DNA from: Podospora anserina
Lineage: Eukaryota
NCBI GenBank assembly: GCA_017654855.1
Contig: CM030338.1
Coordinates: 992,001 to 1,056,000 of the forward strand
DNA length: 64,000 nucleotides
Direction: 5' to 3'
In this document: one piece after another, positions 60,100-64,000 of the stretch
How positions within the stretch are numbered: position 1 is the first letter of the stretch
Layout: the number at the start of each line of letters is the position of its first letter
Position numbers and translations under genes: made by a program
The notes under the pieces: generated by a model
Told to the model about the DNA's origin: nothing
Databases searched by the model: none
Seen by the model: only the letters and a program-made list of their open reading frames with translations

Positions 60100-61546
60100 T
60101 CTCGGTGTTCTGATTAGTCTTAACTATTCCAACTGTCAACCTGTCAATGCTCTGTGTGTAGGTAGAACCAGGTCCTCCTTCACCTCAATTGGTCGTGTTT
60201 GCTGCCCAGCTTGCTTCCACGCTTGCTCCTTAATTCCGGAGCAACTCCCACCATGCCTTATATACCTCTTCCTGCACTCCACATTTCAACAAAACAGAAC
60301 CGGAAGCTGCTCTCATAGCCTAGTGGTCAGGTCACACCTCACCAATTACTAACAAACTTAGGTAAATCAAACCTCGAAGAGGTACGCAGTCCAACCCAGA
60401 CGTGGAGAAAACATGACAAGAAACGTCGACCCATTGATTTAGTGCTCGATAGCATTCGACCCAGACATAGGGAGAACATAACAACAATTGTCGACCCATT
60501 CACTTGGATCTCGACAGAGACAACATGCTCATTGCGAGTATCACGGCACAATCGTCGACCCGTTCACTCGGATCTCGACAGAGATAACATGCCCCTTATG
60601 AGTATCAAGCAGCAGAATTCATGCCTCCTCAAGGAGTGCAATCAACATCATGGCGGAAACGCAAATGAGCTTCCAATTCCAATGGAAGAGGATTGCCTGT
60701 ACTGGGCGTAAGCCCCAATCCAAACCCAGATGGGGGAGGAACATTGAGTTGGGCGAAAGCCCAGAAAGACGTAAATGAAATCTCCTTCTCTAAATGTGAC
60801 AGCTGGGTGTGAGAGAGGTGATGGTTCAATTTTCTTTTTAGTCTTTCTCTCTCTCTGTTGGTTTGTTTTGATTTGATTACTCTAAGCTATCTGTGAACCT
60901 TTTGATGCTGTACTCTCTCACAGATTTACCAGTAACTTGATAGAGCTTCGTTCCAATCATCACCATCTTCATAGCTCCTTCCCTCTGTCCCGTGGTCTCT
61001 GGGAGAGTTATACCTACCGCCCCAGCTTGCTTACCTCCTCGCTCCTTGCTCCGACAGTAATCCCCCCATTTAATACTACTTCCTGCCTCTCGAATTCAAC
61101 AAATAAAACCAGAAACTTCTCTCATGACCTAGTGGTCAGGTCACACCTTGCTAATCACTAACATATTTGAGTAGATTTCCTCCTCCAAAAAGTGAAGTGT
61201 TCAACCCAACTATGGGGAGAATCTCCACGGTGGTGACATACACGGTTGTGTTTACCAAACCAAATTGTTACCATTGATTCACAGCATCTGGGTGTACTAA
61301 ATACGGAGTTATCCCGCTGGACATCTTATCCCGGCTTGCGGTCACCTCTGAGTGACCGTTGGTCGGTCTTCAATCTGCCAATCCACCATCTAACTTTACT
61401 TGTCCAACATTATTTAATTAAGCATTGATCACCATAAGTACCAGAAGTACCGTAAGGGCTAATGGAACTTATCAAGTAAGTCAACCCCCCCTTCTAGATG
61501 CTAGATGTGATAACTAGGTGTGAGAGAGGTGATGGTTCATTTTTTT
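60100..61546. repeat. Diverged tandem duplication (units about 60100-60840 and 60860-61546)
   Basis: Identical blocks CCTAGTGGTCAGGTCACACCT (60319, 61128) and GGTGTGAGAGAGGTGATGGTTCA (60806, 61517), plus alignable upstream flanks. Confidence 0.85.
60390..60607. repeat. Three imperfect ~64-65 bp tandem repeats
   Basis: GTCGACCC cores at 60425, 60490 and 60554 with shared flanks. Confidence 0.8.
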
Positions 61547-61762
61547 CAGCCTTGGTTTTTTTTCTTGCTGGTTTCTTGTTACGCGACCCTCAGGGATTTT
61601 GACTGACTGTTAAAGTCTGGCATGTCGATTGAGATTGTAGTGCTGATAGTCTGGAGTTGAATACTATGTTGTTGCCTCCCCCCTAACCCATCTGTCTTGG
61701 CACACGGTCCACATCTCCAACCAACGTCAACACCAAGACCACGTCTATCCTTCAACATCATC

Positions 61763-62792
61763 ATGTCAACAACAGCGACAACAACAAGCAAAATGATATC
61801 CCAAACCATCTCCACCCTCTACAGCATCCTTTCAACAATACCCCCATCTCAATACTGCCAATCCTTCTTCCTCTTCGCCGCAGCAGCCGTCTCGGCGATT
61901 GCAGTCCTCCCTTCAGACCTCAAGCAAATCCTCGTCGACTATGGCGCCCGGGCATCTTCACCAAAACCCAGCAACAACGCCGTGTTGTCATGGCTGTCAA
62001 CCCTGACGAAACACACCCAGGTCCCGCACTCGTGGTTTGCAATCTTTTACGTTGTGTCAGTGGCCTGGTCGGTGTTTTGGCTGGGGCAGTTCCTCTCCGG
62101 TGGACAGGTCATCAAGTTCATTGCAGAGCAAGAAATGGAATATGGAGGGAACGGGAAAGGGATGGGGTCGGTGCAAGTGCTGGCCGGGTGGGCGATGATG
62201 TTCCTCCAGGGGGCGAGGAGGACGTGCGAACACTTGTTTGTGGTGAGGGCTTCGAGCACGTCGACGATGTGGGTTGTTCACTGGGTGCTTGGGTTGGGGT
62301 TTTACTTGGGGGTTGGGGTGGGGGTTGGGGTTGGGGGGGCGGGTGAGTTTTTTCTTTTTCATAGTGAAGGAGAAAGATGTGTGTGTGCTGACAATGATGA
62401 TAGATGCTATCTTGAATCGGCGAACATTAGAGTTGAGCAGGGAGGAGATGGTTAAGCTTGGTGTTGCGGTCCCGGTGTTCTTCTACGCCTGGGTCAACCA
62501 GTACAAATCTCACAAACATTTGGCTGGACTGAAGAAATATTCACTGCCTACTGAGGGACTGTTCAGATGGTTCGTCTGCGCTCATTACACTTGCGAGTGT
62601 TTGCTGTACTTGTCTATGGCTGTGGCTACGGCTCCGGAGGGGGTTTGGTTCAACAGGACGCTGGTGTGCGCGTTGGCTTTTGTGGTGGTTAACCTTGGCG
62701 TTACAGCTTCTGGAACGAGGAGGTGGTATGAAGAAAAGTTTGGGAAAGGGGCGGTGGAGGGGAGGTGGAATATGATTCCGTTTGTGTTTTAA
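61763..62792 (+). CDS. DFG10: Polyprenal/polyprenol reductase (steroid 5-alpha reductase family); 2 exons
   Basis: YGAR, VPHSWF, QGARR, HKHLAGLKKYSLP, VCAHYTCECLLY and RWNMIPFVF; intron 62343-62403. Confidence 0.9.
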
Positions 62793-63001
62793 GTGGATGG
62801 TAGTGGAGGGCAAGCACGGCAGCGTTAAGAAACGATTACCACATCAAAAAAGTTCACCATCATTCATAGCAACACGGACAACACGTGAGGAGCTTTTTCG
62901 ACCCAAGAATTCGGCCTTGGTTCCCGTCAATTTTGTTCAGCATCAAAGTGGCCCATCTGCCTCGGCCGAGTCCGGAAATTCAGTACCTGGCCGGTGTTTT
63001 C

Positions 63002-63851
63002 TCAGGGACACTTAAACATCGGTCCCAGCTTATTTCCCAGTTTGGAGACTTTGAGCACATCCCGATACGTCAGGCTGATACGTGTCCGCCGCTGGTTCAG
63101 GCCGTCTTTGTATAGCTCTGGAGAACGCAAGAGGTCCCAGTTCACAATCGTCTTCTCCGACAACTCTACATCGGTTGCGATAGGCTCGATGCCATGGAGA
63201 TACTCTGTGTAGAGATCCGCGGTTGTGATCAAGAGACTCCGGGGCTCTTGGAGGATGCGCCAGACAGGCTCCAGGTCTAAAGCGCCGTCTTCCTTGCTCT
63301 TGTACAGGTTCAAGCAGAGGGCAGAACCGAGACTCACGGTGCAAACGACGGGGTGGTAGGCGCCGCCGTCCTTGTGTGGCATGATGCCGGTGTTTGGGGG
63401 GTATTCGTTGATCAGGACATGGTTTGGTCGTTGGTGAGGGCTGTCATGAAACATGTTCTCGGGTTGGCTGTCGGATAGTGGGATCGAGAGGAGACGTGCG
63501 ACGACGGGTTGTTCGAGCCAGTCGGGGAGTGGCCGGGCATCGAGAAGGGTGTTTTTGACGAGATCGGATGGCCATGTTTGGAGGCGCCTATGAGTGAGTT
63601 GTCGCCATCTCGCTTTCGGAGCTGTATTGACCTTTTTGTATGTTCGCGATTAGAGGCAACGAGGTGGGGGGCCCGAATCAAACTGGGCACATTATTACCT
63701 TGTCCAAGATCGCCTTTTCCTCTTCTTCGGTGATGAAATCTGAGATGTAGTAGCAGGCGGGTGGAAGGGCCTTGATCTTCTTGTCCTCGAGGGTGTGTGG
63801 CAGGTCGAGGGGTCGAGAAGAAGAAGCAGAAGAGGTGTCGTTGTGTTCCAT
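63002..63851 (-). CDS. AlkB-family Fe(II)/2OG dioxygenase (ALKBH6-like); 2 exons
   Basis: YYISDFITEEEE, RRLQTWP, PNHVLINEY, IMPHKDG (HxD), YLHGI and RISLTYR. Confidence 0.92.
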
Positions 63852-64000
63852 GGTGGTTAGCCTGTCTGAGAGCCTTGCCCTTTCCCCGCTTGTCCGAGAG
63901 GTCTGTCTTATGCGAGGATGGCCAAACGGGCCAGCCGAAGAGGCGAAGCAGCTCAGCAGCGGTGAGTGGTGGGCTTGAGTGGTTGAGAAAAAAGGAAAAA

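Noticed and set aside
60309-60380. tRNA gene (GCTCTCATAGCCTAGTGGTCAGG looks like an acceptor stem plus D-arm)
   Set aside because: There is no anticodon stem, T-arm or 3' acceptor strand at tRNA spacing.
60390-60607. CRISPR-like array
   Set aside because: Eukaryotic context, only three degenerate units, no unique spacers and no cas genes.

Overview
Eukaryotic DNA from a filamentous ascomycete: intron-containing genes with GTRAGT/CTRAC/YAG signals and RIP-like mutated repeats. Gene content and style suggest Sordariales, probably the Podospora group (inference, not verified). There are about 20 protein-coding loci, mostly housekeeping or conserved: a Myb-like protein, a tau55/histidine phosphatase, a DFGDF-motif protein, a TBC Rab-GAP, ADE13, a Zn2Cys6 TF, HEM1, an ATRX/SAD-6-like SNF2 helicase, GSH2, ATP16, a DUF2457-like protein, SAR1, a patatin TAG lipase, DFG10 and an ALKBH6-like dioxygenase. 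Accessory parts are a birth-and-death array of 2EXR genes and pseudogenes (14.1-19.5 kb), a three-layer nest of solo LTRs with RIP (48.5-49.7 kb) and a tandem duplicated non-coding unit (60.1-61.55 kb). The two most notable observations: (1) an otherwise intact ~680-aa gene interrupted by one in-frame TAG at 43116-43118, in a hairpin loop, a candidate for restorative A-to-I editing (UAG read as Trp); (2) the two tandem non-coding units each have ends forming a ~20-bp helix that is preserved across copies and followed by a T-tract, a candidate structured RNA or MITE-like element. Some G/C homopolymer stretches may contain sequencing errors.
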